From positions 2,863 to 66,862 of the forward strand of contig DYEQ01000030.1 in the NCBI GenBank assembly GCA_020725645.1: a stretch of DNA of 64,000 nt, given 5' to 3'. A program made the position numbers and the translations under genes. This DNA is from Candidatus Fermentithermobacillaceae bacterium (GTDB lineage Bacteria; Bacillota; Sulfobacillia; Fermentithermobacillales; DUSS01). The notes beneath the pieces were generated by a model. It saw nothing but the letters and a program-made list of their open reading frames with translations. It had not been told where the DNA came from and did not search any database. Positions 27,691 to 36,678 of this stretch are shown piece after piece. The stretch's first letter is position 1. Every line of letters starts with the position of its first letter.

Positions 27691-29331
27691 TTACGTGCAG
27701 CCACCGCCCCCGGCGCACGCGCATGCGCAAGCGCACGATACACAAGCACAGGCGCAGGCACAGCTGGGCGGGGTGAAGATGCCCCCGTGATGGCTCCTGT
27801 GTCCGCCCGCGGCCCATGTAGCCGGTCTCACGGGGACGAATACTGACTCCGTGATTTCTCTGAATCGCCTCTCCTCGCCCCGGAGGATTCGATCCGAGAT
27901 GCCGTAGTACCTCATAAAGACGTAATGGGGCCAAAAGTAGCCAAATTGCCCCACCGGGAATCCCGTCACCCACCATCCGGGCGGAGCGTACCCACCCCTC
28001 TGCTCTCTTTCGTTGAAAACTTGCTCCAATTGAGCGGAGGATTCCTCCACCTGCAAGAGCCACAGAAGATGCCTATCGACAGCTTCCAGTTTCATCTCGG
28101 GAGTACCCTGGGCCTTCACCTCGTCCCATAGCTCTGCGATCCGCCGGCGATAGAATTCCTCGGTGTCCCTGCGGCAGTAGGGTTTCATCTTCTCGTTCAC
28201 GGACACTACCAGATAACGGAAAACCGGCACTAACTTCCCCGGCTCGATTTCTCCGGTTTCTCTGTTAATGGCCTCGACGAAGAGCTTTTCGGCCTCGGAC
28301 AGGTCCCTTTCATATTCGACGGCGAGCTTTAACGGGTCGGTGGAATAGGCTCGGACGACCCCCCTCTTTATCATGGAGAAAAGAAGGAGAGTCGCCGTTT
28401 TCTCGGGGGGTTGGTTAAGAAGAATTGAGGCCTCAACAGGGGACAAATTCTCGTTAACACCCACGCCTTCCATGCTTACCTGTGGCGAACTATATTGTTC
28501 TCTCGAAAGACCGAGCACCACAAAGAATATGAACGCCCCGACCATCAGGACTACGAGAACGATCCCGATACCTTGATCGCCGAACCGCGGCGCCCTGTAC
28601 CCTGGGTATTGATGCACCGGTGCCGTCTTTCCCCCTTCCAGTTGCGAAGGCAGTTTAACACACTTCTCGGGGAAACCAACGATCACCGACACCCGTTCGT
28701 CGGGCCTGAGCCCGCGGAAACTCCAGGTCACGACATATGCGCCGGACTCGGTTTGGGCGATCCCATCCCACTTTCTCGAGCCGGTCTTGATCTCCGACTT
28801 CTCCACCCCATTCGGGAGTATCACAGCTATGTCCAACGACCCGACCTCCGAGGACCACCATCCGGGGATGTACCGCATGGTCACGTAGTCGTCGTTCTGC
28901 GTGTCGGGGAAAACAAATTTAGGTATGGTCGCAGTGACGGTAAAACTCCTGGACGTGCCGGGCTTAATGGTGGGAAATCCGCGAAGGACTACTACGTATT
29001 GTCCGTCTGACCTCCTGACAGAGTAGCTCACCGCATTGCCGTCCTGGTCAACCACGGACGAAACCGTCGTTTCGGTGGTGGGGAGTCCTGTCCAAATCTC
29101 CGTGCAGGGCTCCGTGGAAGATTTCGAGACTTCGAACTCGAAATACCGGACGAGTTCGACGTCTGCGTTTTCCTTGATAGTGAGCTGGTCCTGCTGTTTG
29201 GCGATCCGGTAGATGAACGACGATAACCCCGGAGTCGCCGGGACCAAAAAGATGAACACGGCCAGGGATAATGCCAGTGTAAACGCAGTAAGACGCGCCT
29301 TTCCCTCGCCAGTAGTCTTCATGCCGCACAC
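27691..29331 (-). CDS. DUF2207-like membrane protein with a Cys/Ala-rich repeat tail.
   Basis: A signal peptide, an extracellular beta-rich N-domain, one TM segment (IGIVLVVLMVGAFIFFVVLGL) and a cytoplasmic domain. The C-terminus is SCACACACVSCACACACAGGGGCT, where related families have Gly-rich tails. Confidence 0.6.
   Translation of the reverse strand: MCGMKTTGEGKARLTAFTLALSLAVFIFLVPATPGLSSFIYRIAKQQDQLTIKENADVELVRYFEFEVSKSSTEPCTEIWTGLPTTETTVSSVVDQDGNAVSYSVRRSDGQYVVVLRGFPTIKPGTSRSFTVTATIPKFVFPDTQNDDYVTMRYIPGWWSSEVGSLDIAVILPNGVEKSEIKTGSRKWDGIAQTESGAYVVTWSFRGLRPDERVSVIVGFPEKCVKLPSQLEGGKTAPVHQYPGYRAPRFGDQGIGIVLVVLMVGAFIFFVVLGLSREQYSSPQVSMEGVGVNENLSPVEASILLNQPPEKTATLLLFSMIKRGVVRAYSTDPLKLAVEYERDLSEAEKLFVEAINRETGEIEPGKLVPVFRYLVVSVNEKMKPYCRRDTEEFYRRRIAELWDEVKAQGTPEMKLEAVDRHLLWLLQVEESSAQLEQVFNEREQRGGYAPPGWWVTGFPVGQFGYFWPHYVFMRYYGISDRILRGEERRFREITESVFVPVRPATWAAGGHRSHHGGIFTPPSCACACACVSCACACACAGGGGCT
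27713..27763. repeat. Imperfect hexanucleotide tandem repeat (GCGCAN)n encoding the (Cys-Ala)n tail.
   Basis: gcgcac gcgcat gcgcaa gcgcac gataca caagca caggcg caggca, a 6-nt periodicity across about 50 nt at the 3' end of the DUF2207-like gene. Confidence 0.6.
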
Positions 29332-29434
29332 CCCTTAAAGGCGTTTCTTCAGGATCTACCGGACATCCTACGTTTCCGCTTAATCCAACGCTGCTCTACA
29401 CTCCATTTTACTCGTTCGGAAGCCCGCCGGTCGT

Positions 29435-31159
29435 TCATGACCCGGACCCCGAGGTCCAATTGGTCAGGTACCGGTCCACCCTTGAGGCCGCCACGCGCTG
29501 CGCCAGAGCGAATATCCCTGCCGCCATCAGTAACAGAATTCCGAGGCTCACCCAAAGAGCGCTCGAACCGAGGCACCTGCTAGCCCACTTGAATCCGGGA
29601 AGAAGCAACACGAAAGCCATGCCCGCGACCAGGCCCACCGAGCCCAACATGTTCATCAGGAGCTTCCCGGCGTTCTTTCCGCTGCTCTTCGTTTCTCCGA
29701 ATGCAATCCTCAGGGTGAAATCGGGAAACAGAGAGTCGAGGAGTACCTGGAACGCCGATACCGCGAGCACCATAGTCAGAACCACGAGGAGGCTCAGCCA
29801 CATAGGATACATGGAGACGCCCCCGACGATCTTCACCCCGAGCACGTACGCCACGGCGAGAACCGCGCCGGCCGCAAACGCGTAGGCCATCTTCGCCCGG
29901 AAAACTTCCTTTCCGGTGCACGGCTGGCAAGCTAGAAGCCAGAACCGGGAAGCTTCAAGACTCAGAGATACCCCTCCCATCTGGCCGACGCTTACGGCAG
30001 CCATGAAGGCGGGCATCACCAGCATCATGCCTCGCTGTATCGCGAGACGTTCGGCCGTATCCGGCGCATCGCCCTTCACATTTAGAACGAAGAACACCAG
30101 CACGACCACACCCACCAGGAGGTTATACCAGGTCATGGGGTCCCTAAACATGAGGGTCAGGTCCTTCTTGAGAAGCGCCCACGAAACCCCTTGCAAACTC
30201 CTGCCCAATGGAGGACGGGTGTAACGGGCACCGGGTCTGCTACTGGCCCTGACACCGGCTCTCTTAATTGGAGTGCCCTCTTCCGATGCGCCGGACCACC
30301 CTCGCAAGAACTGTTTGCCTGCCACCGCCACCGTCAGCCATGTAAAGCTGAGAGAGGTAAAAGCCAGCGCAAGAGCTCCCGGCAAAGCTTGTACCCCGAA
30401 CCCGGGGACCAGACCCAAGCTCATGTTCACGAGCCAGGTCGACGGCAGGTACCGAAGCTGCGTGAGAGACATTGAGCCTAACTGCTGGAGACTGTCAAGA
30501 ACGTTAGCCTCCGCCATTTTCCTCGATGCAATTTGAGAGATCAGGACGACTATGAGGCCGAAAACCGCCCCCGCGGTGATGGTCAGTTGTTTCATTCGCC
30601 GGCCGGGTATATATCCCATGACTGCCACCATCATTAAAGACACAGTGGAGCAGGCGAGAAGCGTCGCCAGGGCAACGCCTGCAAGGGCAACCGGATAATA
30701 GAAAAGCGGAGCCTGCCGGGCCACTCCGTATGCTACCCAGACCGGCCCTGTAAACATGAGATTTGTTAGCAAGACTTGAACGTACGCGCCGAGAAACTTG
30801 GATGCGAAAACGGTTCCAATGGGAATCGGTTGCGACAGGAGGAATGGAAGGTCACCCAACTCATAGAGCATTCTGTATATCATCTGCATCTCGGTGACGA
30901 AAATCATCACGAAAGCGAAGATGGCGACCACGTTTAAGAGATTGAAATCCAACACGTTGCGAAGACCCGGGAACGCCTGTAACTGCACCTCGGTAAAGGT
31001 GAAGAGCTTTCGGGCGCCGTAAAATATTCCTACGACCATTGCAATACTCAGTGCCCACAACAATGCGGTCAGTATTAATCCCTTGCGACCCGACCTGGAC
31101 ACGGCCAGGGAACCTTTGACGTCACGTTTTATGATGATCCATAACAGCCGGAAATCCAT
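29435..31159 (-). CDS. ABC-2-type exporter permease, 12 TM.
   Basis: 574 aa with two hydrophobic 6-TM halves. It lies directly downstream of an ABC ATPase on the same strand. Confidence 0.7.
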   Translation of the reverse strand: MDFRLLWIIIKRDVKGSLAVSRSGRKGLILTALLWALSIAMVVGIFYGARKLFTFTEVQLQAFPGLRNVLDFNLLNVVAIFAFVMIFVTEMQMIYRMLYELGDLPFLLSQPIPIGTVFASKFLGAYVQVLLTNLMFTGPVWVAYGVARQAPLFYYPVALAGVALATLLACSTVSLMMVAVMGYIPGRRMKQLTITAGAVFGLIVVLISQIASRKMAEANVLDSLQQLGSMSLTQLRYLPSTWLVNMSLGLVPGFGVQALPGALALAFTSLSFTWLTVAVAGKQFLRGWSGASEEGTPIKRAGVRASSRPGARYTRPPLGRSLQGVSWALLKKDLTLMFRDPMTWYNLLVGVVVLVFFVLNVKGDAPDTAERLAIQRGMMLVMPAFMAAVSVGQMGGVSLSLEASRFWLLACQPCTGKEVFRAKMAYAFAAGAVLAVAYVLGVKIVGGVSMYPMWLSLLVVLTMVLAVSAFQVLLDSLFPDFTLRIAFGETKSSGKNAGKLLMNMLGSVGLVAGMAFVLLLPGFKWASRCLGSSALWVSLGILLLMAAGIFALAQRVAASRVDRYLTNWTSGSGS

Positions 31160-31172
31160 AGGGTGCGCCTCC

Positions 31173-32021
31173 TCACAGAGATTCCTCGGACTCCAGGTGC
31201 TTAATAAGCTCCTTGTACTCTTCGCCCCCGGTCAGCTTCAGGAACAGGTCTTCGAGGGAGATTTCCTGGTCCGTACCGCCAAGCGCTTTGCACCGGAGCT
31301 CGTCCACGGTTCCAACGGCTATCAGCTGCCCTTCCTGGATGATCCCGATCCGGTCGCACATCCTCTCGGCGATCTCCAGAATATGGGTGGATAAAAAGAC
31401 CGTCCCTCCCCTGTCGGCGAATCGTCGCAGGATGTCCTTCACCAACCTCGCACTTCTCGGGTCCAGACCGACGGTGGGTTCGTCGAGGAACATAACTTTG
31501 GGCTCCCCCAAAAGAGCCTGGGCGATGCAGACCTTTTGCCTCATCCCGTGGGAGTAGCTTCCCAGCAGGTCGTCAGCGCGCTCCTCGAGACCGAAGAGGG
31601 AAAGAAACTCGGAAATGCGGCTCTCGCACTTCGACGGCTCAATCCGCCGTATGTCTCCGACGAACCTAAGAAACTCCCTGGCCGAGAGCTTTTCGTATAC
31701 ATCGGGAGAATCAGGCACATAACCGATTAAGGATTTTGCCTTGACCGGGTACTTGAAGACGTCAACTCCGCATATCTCGGCTGTTCCGGACGTCGGCGAA
31801 AGCATCCCCACTAGCATCTTTATGGTAGTCGTCTTACCCGCTCCGTTCGGTCCGAGGAATCCGAACACTTCTCCGGCCTTAACCTCGAGGTTCAGATTCT
31901 TTACCGCTTCGTTGCTTCCGTATTTCTTCGACAGCTCAATCGCTCTTATCACGGTATAATCCTCCTGTCTGGGGCGTTTGTTACTAGGCGCACCTAAATT
32001 CCCAGTATGGAACCACCACAC
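31173..32021 (-). CDS. ABC transporter ATP-binding protein, ABC-2/CcmA type.
   Basis: Walker A GPNGAGKTTT, the Q-loop, the LSGG-like signature and LFLDEPTVGLD. The true start is probably a few codons inside the ORF. Confidence 0.8.
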   Translation of the reverse strand: MWWFHTGNLGAPSNKRPRQEDYTVIRAIELSKKYGSNEAVKNLNLEVKAGEVFGFLGPNGAGKTTTIKMLVGMLSPTSGTAEICGVDVFKYPVKAKSLIGYVPDSPDVYEKLSAREFLRFVGDIRRIEPSKCESRISEFLSLFGLEERADDLLGSYSHGMRQKVCIAQALLGEPKVMFLDEPTVGLDPRSARLVKDILRRFADRGGTVFLSTHILEIAERMCDRIGIIQEGQLIAVGTVDELRCKALGGTDQEISLEDLFLKLTGGEEYKELIKHLESEESL

Positions 32022-32087
32022 TCGCGAATCACGAAACGGTCGCGAGGAGGTAACGCATTTGTATCACAATCTTGACTATCTGCTGTT

Positions 32088-32756
32088 TTAGCCGCCGCGA
32101 GTGCGCCCGACCAGGTATTTCTCGGTAAACAACCTCCGGATCTCGGCAACGTCTCCTTCGGGTAAGACTCGAACCCCTCCGAGAATCGTTCCGTAGATCA
32201 GGACCATGGCCGCCTTCTCCACCACCTGACAGACGAGGAAGGCTTCGTCGAGGCCGGCACCTACCGCAACGACGCCGTGGTTTGCGAGGAGAACGGCATT
32301 CCGGTCCTCAAGAGCTTCTACCGCGTTGGACGCAAGCTCCCCAGTCCCGGGCAGAGCATAGCGAGCAACCCGAACGGGCCCACCGACAATCTGGGCTATC
32401 TCCTCGAGGATCGCAGGAATATCCTTGCCGCAAGCAGCTACAGTCGAAGCGAAAACGGAGTGCGTATGGATAACGGCGCCCACTTCCGGCCTAGTTTTAT
32501 ATATCAGCGAGTGCAGCGGCGCCTCCGTGGAGGGTTTCCTTGGACCCGACCATTCACCGGTTTCCAGGTCCACGACGGCCATGTCACCTGGCTCTATCTT
32601 GAGGTAATCCATTCCGCTGGGGGTGATGACCATCCGCTGTACGTCCATGCGGGCACTTATATTTCCCCATGTTCCCAGAACCAGCCCGGCCGCCAGAAGC
32701 TTTTTCCCCGTGTCGCGGATGAGCTGCCTTATCTCCATTTCATCCATGGCAATCAC
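32088..32756 (-). CDS. Class II aldolase/adducin-family protein (FucA/AraD/MtnB-like).
   Basis: GTWGNISAR, HTHS and the catalytic-Zn His cluster match the class II aldolase pattern. Confidence 0.75.
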   Translation of the reverse strand: MIAMDEMEIRQLIRDTGKKLLAAGLVLGTWGNISARMDVQRMVITPSGMDYLKIEPGDMAVVDLETGEWSGPRKPSTEAPLHSLIYKTRPEVGAVIHTHSVFASTVAACGKDIPAILEEIAQIVGGPVRVARYALPGTGELASNAVEALEDRNAVLLANHGVVAVGAGLDEAFLVCQVVEKAAMVLIYGTILGGVRVLPEGDVAEIRRLFTEKYLVGRTRGG

Positions 32757-33071
32757 CTCGCAAGAGGTCCTTAAGTGCGATGTTCCTTCCTCTACGGTGA
32801 GATTCCTTCACAAACGCCTTACCAATTCGGTGTGACTCTGTTTTCCTTGAAGCTGCCTTTCAAACCCGGTCGAAACGGCGCCCGGGAACAGCACCTTCCC
32901 CTGAACAGTCATTCTCTTCGTGAAACCGTAACCCAGACCTACTTTCACAACGTGCATCTTTCCTCTTAGCCGCCTTTATTCAGCCTCAATTACAGCCCGT
33001 ATCCCCGACTCCACAGGACACCTCGTTTTCGTCAAAGTTCTTTTCGGGTATTCTCATTCAAGACAGGCATA

Positions 33072-33995
33072 GTGGAACTGCGTAAGGAGGCGGACGGAAT
33101 CGCGGTGAGAATAGGACTGGCCCTGCTCGCTTCCGCATTATCCGGTGTACTCGGCACAGCTTCAGGGGGAGCACTTTCGACCCTATTTAACCTTAGGGGA
33201 AGAAACGCACTGGGGTTTCTCCTGGCCGGGGCCGGTGGAGTGATGATTAGCATTTCCCTGATGGAACTCGTACCCGAGGCCATACAGGTCGGCGGTAAAG
33301 CGTTTTCTGCCGCCGGTCTTGTGGCGGGCGCCCTGGTTCTCTTCGCCCTTGACGTCGTCCTGCCTCATGCGCACTCCGCCCGCGGACATCCCGCCAAAGA
33401 GAGGGGCGGACCTCACACCCACAGACCCGGAGGAGGCCAGGGCGGGCGACACCTGCGCGGACCCAGCCACCGAGATCACGGCTATAGCTTTGGCTACCGA
33501 TATGAATGCGGCGGGCAAAACATCGCCGCACGCCACGGCCTCCGGCGTTCGCGTTTGAAAAAGATGGGGGTTCTCATCGGCCTTGGAATAGCTCTTCACA
33601 ACGTACCCGAGGGGCTAGCTATTGGAGCAGCTTACGCTCATGAACCTTCATTGGGTCTGGGAGTCGCGCTCCTCATTGCCCTTCAAAACATCCCGGAGGG
33701 AACAGCAATGGCAGTCCCGCTCGGGGCCGCCGGAGTGCCAGCCCGAAACGTGCTCGCCCTTACGGCGACTGCAGGTCTCCCCATGGCCCTGGGCGCGTTA
33801 GCAGGGGTGCTGCTCGGAAGCATATCCCCGACCATCCTCTCTTTCGCCCTGGGCTTTGCAGCGGGCGCCATGATGTACATCGTCGGGGACGAATTGTTAC
33901 CGGAAGCTCACGAATATGGGACCGGTCACTATCCTACGCTTGGGCTAGTGGCCGGGTTGTTTGTAGGCGTCGTGGCAGGTCTGCTCACGCCTTGA
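33072..33995 (+). CDS. zupT: ZIP-family zinc transporter (ZupT-like) with a His-rich cytoplasmic loop.
   Basis: HNVPEGLAIGAAYA and the ZIP signature TMs are present. A His-rich loop (HAHSARGHP...HTHRPGGGQGGRH) sits between TM3 and TM4. Confidence 0.8.
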   Translation: MELRKEADGIAVRIGLALLASALSGVLGTASGGALSTLFNLRGRNALGFLLAGAGGVMISISLMELVPEAIQVGGKAFSAAGLVAGALVLFALDVVLPHAHSARGHPAKERGGPHTHRPGGGQGGRHLRGPSHRDHGYSFGYRYECGGQNIAARHGLRRSRLKKMGVLIGLGIALHNVPEGLAIGAAYAHEPSLGLGVALLIALQNIPEGTAMAVPLGAAGVPARNVLALTATAGLPMALGALAGVLLGSISPTILSFALGFAAGAMMYIVGDELLPEAHEYGTGHYPTLGLVAGLFVGVVAGLLTP

Positions 33996-34216
33996 CCGGC
34001 GGCCGTCCCGGTTCTGTCGATTACCCTCGGACCGAGAGGGAATGAGACAGCATTTCTCCGTCGTGGGTCAAATTCCCTGCCTGTCACTTACGCCCAGCAT
34101 ACAGCCTCATAGGTCGTACCTCCCTGGAAGAGGAAGGAAAAGGGAGGGGAAAGGGAAAAGGAAACGGACGGACCGGCGGTGAACTGATTCCAGGCCGCGA
34201 CCGCTGCAAAGGGGGA

Positions 34217-35392
34217 TTGGCGATGCTGGAGGATCTCCGGTTTGGAGTGTACAGGTTTCTCATGCGCGCAAAGGAGCCGGTCGTCCTGCCCGAATTTAAG
34301 GGAGGAGTGCTTCGGGGTGCTTTTGGGACCGTGTTCAAAAAGATGGCTTGCTCCAGGTCACGAGGTTTGGACAAGGTTATCAATCTGAACGAAGGGCCAT
34401 CGACAAGCGGGACGGGATTCGCGAAATTCGACGATGATTTATCCGAAGATACCGACGTCGAAGTGGTCCAGGATACTGGCGGGACGGAACTTCCGAAGGA
34501 TTCCGCTGGAAAAGAGATCCTTACGCAGGAAAGAAGTTCCGTTCGGCAAGAGAGGCCGTGCCTGCGATGCCCTGTGGCGGTGGGTTGCGTGTATAAAGCG
34601 ATATTCGAACCCTCCCCTCCTCCCGGTTCGGATCGACTTAAGACCCTCGAGGATATCCCCAGGCCTTTCGTCCTCCGGATTCCCCCCGATCCCAGAAGGA
34701 TTCTCAATGCTGATGAACTTCTCATATGGGAGGTAGTGCTGATCGGCAACGCCATCGGAGCGCTACCCTACTTCATCGTATCGTTCAAGGAGATCGGAGA
34801 GATGGGTTTCGGTTTGTGGCATGACGGCCGTCGTTCGAAAGCTCATCTCGAAGCTGTCCACTCGGTGAACCCGTTCGACGGGGGCGCGTTCCGGATATAC
34901 TCGGGAAGTACCAACACCGTCGATCTCTCAAGACACATCGAAATCACGGGGGAAGACATCATGGCCGAAGCCAAAAAACTTCCCCGCGATTTCTTGATGG
35001 TTGAATTCAAAACGCCGACCCGCATGAAATATCAGAGCAGGTACGTACGAGTGCCAGAATTCCATGTCCTCATAAGGAATCTCCTCCGCCGGCTCTCGAC
35101 GCTATCCTATTTCTACCAGGGCAAAGAGGTCAACCTCGATTTCCAGGGCCTTATCTCGAAAGCGTCGAAGGTGAGGATAAACGCCTCGGACCTCACCTGG
35201 AAACCATGGTTGAGATATTCCGGGCGCTCCAAAACCCGGATGGACTTCGGAGGTTTTATGGGCAAAGTGTGGTACGAGGGCCCGCTCGAGGAATTTCTGC
35301 CCCTCTTGGTTTACGGAACCTTATCTAACGTCGGAAAGACAGCCACGTTCGGGTTAGGACAGTATACGTTAGGGAAGTCCCGGAGGCGATGA
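34217..35392 (+). CDS. cas6: Cas6-family (RAMP) endoribonuclease-like protein with an acidic insertion of roughly 110 aa; no CRISPR array or other cas genes lie within the window.
   Basis: The N-terminal Cas6-like pattern is VLPEFKGGVLRGAFGTVF followed by PRPFVLRIPP. The C-terminal glycine-rich loop NVGKTATFGLGQYTLG matches the Cas6 G-loop consensus GxGxxxxxGhG. No CRISPR repeats or other cas genes are in the window. Confidence 0.5.
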   Translation: MAMLEDLRFGVYRFLMRAKEPVVLPEFKGGVLRGAFGTVFKKMACSRSRGLDKVINLNEGPSTSGTGFAKFDDDLSEDTDVEVVQDTGGTELPKDSAGKEILTQERSSVRQERPCLRCPVAVGCVYKAIFEPSPPPGSDRLKTLEDIPRPFVLRIPPDPRRILNADELLIWEVVLIGNAIGALPYFIVSFKEIGEMGFGLWHDGRRSKAHLEAVHSVNPFDGGAFRIYSGSTNTVDLSRHIEITGEDIMAEAKKLPRDFLMVEFKTPTRMKYQSRYVRVPEFHVLIRNLLRRLSTLSYFYQGKEVNLDFQGLISKASKVRINASDLTWKPWLRYSGRSKTRMDFGGFMGKVWYEGPLEEFLPLLVYGTLSNVGKTATFGLGQYTLGKSRRR

Positions 35393-35474
35393 AACGGGTC
35401 GCGGCTGCCCTGCAACTGTCCGAGGGCCGAAACAGTACACGGCTGGCGAAATCAGTTTCGAAAGCGATGACGGG

Positions 35475-35498
35475 GGTCGGGCGGGAAGCAGCCCGACC
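35475..35498. terminator. Hairpin between the convergent Cas6-like gene and the alcohol dehydrogenase.
   Basis: A perfect 8-bp stem (GGTCGGGC paired with GCCCGACC) with an 8-nt loop. No clear U-tract. Confidence 0.35.
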
Positions 35499-35637
35499 TC
35501 CGATCCTTGCCATCCTTGATATGCGGTCTGCAAGATTCGCTTGTTTCCTGGGTACAACCCGTTGCCGGGAAGCGGCGGTACGGAGCCCGCCCACCGTCAT
35601 ACCCGGCTGCCATTCTGTTTCTGAAAACTGCCGCCCC

Positions 35638-36678
35638 TTACATCGTCAGGACCAGCCTGTAAGTCCCACCCGAAGAAGCTCGCCGGAGAGCCTCCTCGGC
35701 CTCGTCCAGCGGGTAAACGTCCTCAATGAGGGACCTGGGTTTGACAAGCCGCGCCGAAAGCAACAAAGCCGCCTGCCACAGGTCTTTATAGTTTTTTCCC
35801 GACGAGCCGGTGATCCATATCCCTGAGCGATGCACGAAATTTGGATCGATGGTGAGCGGAGTTGCGGGATGAGCTGAAGCGAAGAGCATGATACGACCCT
35901 GAGGCCCGACTATCTCGAGTGCATCTTCGTTTGCTTTTCCGTTTCCGATCGCTACTATGACCACGTCGGCACCACGACCGTCGTTCAGCTGCCTTACCTG
36001 TTCCCCCGCTGGTGCTGCCGCAGGGTCGATTACGGCATACGCCCCCAGTTCGAGGGCTTTCTGTCTCCTGAACGGGTCTATTTCACTCACGATGACCTTG
36101 GCACCCCTGAGCTGAGACACCATAACGTTCAACAGTCCCATCGTGCCGGCCCCGATGACGACAACGGTTTCGCCAAGCTGAATATCGAGTTTGTTTGCGC
36201 TTTGGACCACGCATGAAAGGGGCTCGGCAAAGGCAGCTTCCTCAAACGAAAGGTCGCTGGCGACCTTTACGGCCCGGTCCGAGCGTACTACCGAGTATTC
36301 CGCCATACCGAATATCCCGGTGATCCCGGCCACCTGCGGGAGATCGTGACGGCGGGAGCAGGCCACGTCGTGCCCCGTGGCGCAGTAATAGCACTGCCCG
36401 CAAAACATACCCGCACCAAGTACCACGTGGTCCCCGGCCTTCAACGACGTGTTGCAGTCCTCGCCGACCTTTTCGACCACCCCCGACACTTCATGCCCCC
36501 AGCAGCCGGGGTAGGGTAGCTTCAAAATGCCCTTGAATACCCGTTGCTCCATGGTACAAATTGCGCATGCGTGTTGCCTGATCAGGATTTCGCCGCGACC
36601 CGGCTCCGGTACCGGGAGTTCCCGGATTTCCACTTTCTCCGGAGCAACGGTCACCGCAGCTTTCATCGTCTTTTTCAT
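35638..36678 (-). CDS. Zn-dependent medium-chain alcohol dehydrogenase (threonine/sorbitol dehydrogenase-like).
   Basis: GHEVSGVVEKVG, the catalytic and structural Zn Cys motifs, and the GAGTMG Rossmann motif. Confidence 0.8.
   Translation of the reverse strand: MKKTMKAAVTVAPEKVEIRELPVPEPGRGEILIRQHACAICTMEQRVFKGILKLPYPGCWGHEVSGVVEKVGEDCNTSLKAGDHVVLGAGMFCGQCYYCATGHDVACSRRHDLPQVAGITGIFGMAEYSVVRSDRAVKVASDLSFEEAAFAEPLSCVVQSANKLDIQLGETVVVIGAGTMGLLNVMVSQLRGAKVIVSEIDPFRRQKALELGAYAVIDPAAAPAGEQVRQLNDGRGADVVIVAIGNGKANEDALEIVGPQGRIMLFASAHPATPLTIDPNFVHRSGIWITGSSGKNYKDLWQAALLLSARLVKPRSLIEDVYPLDEAEEALRRASSGGTYRLVLTM

Noticed and set aside
27640-27790. The possibility that the Cys/Ala-rich stretch is a separate small RiPP precursor next to the radical SAM fragment.
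   Set aside because: On the minus strand it is in frame and continuous with the DUF2207-like protein, with no internal start codon. The plus-strand frames give only MADSG* and stop-interrupted peptides.
35389-35826. The 145-aa plus-strand ORF downstream of the Cas6-like gene.
   Set aside because: It is Arg/Ala/Pro-rich with no family resemblance, and it overlaps the convergent alcohol dehydrogenase gene and the terminator hairpin.
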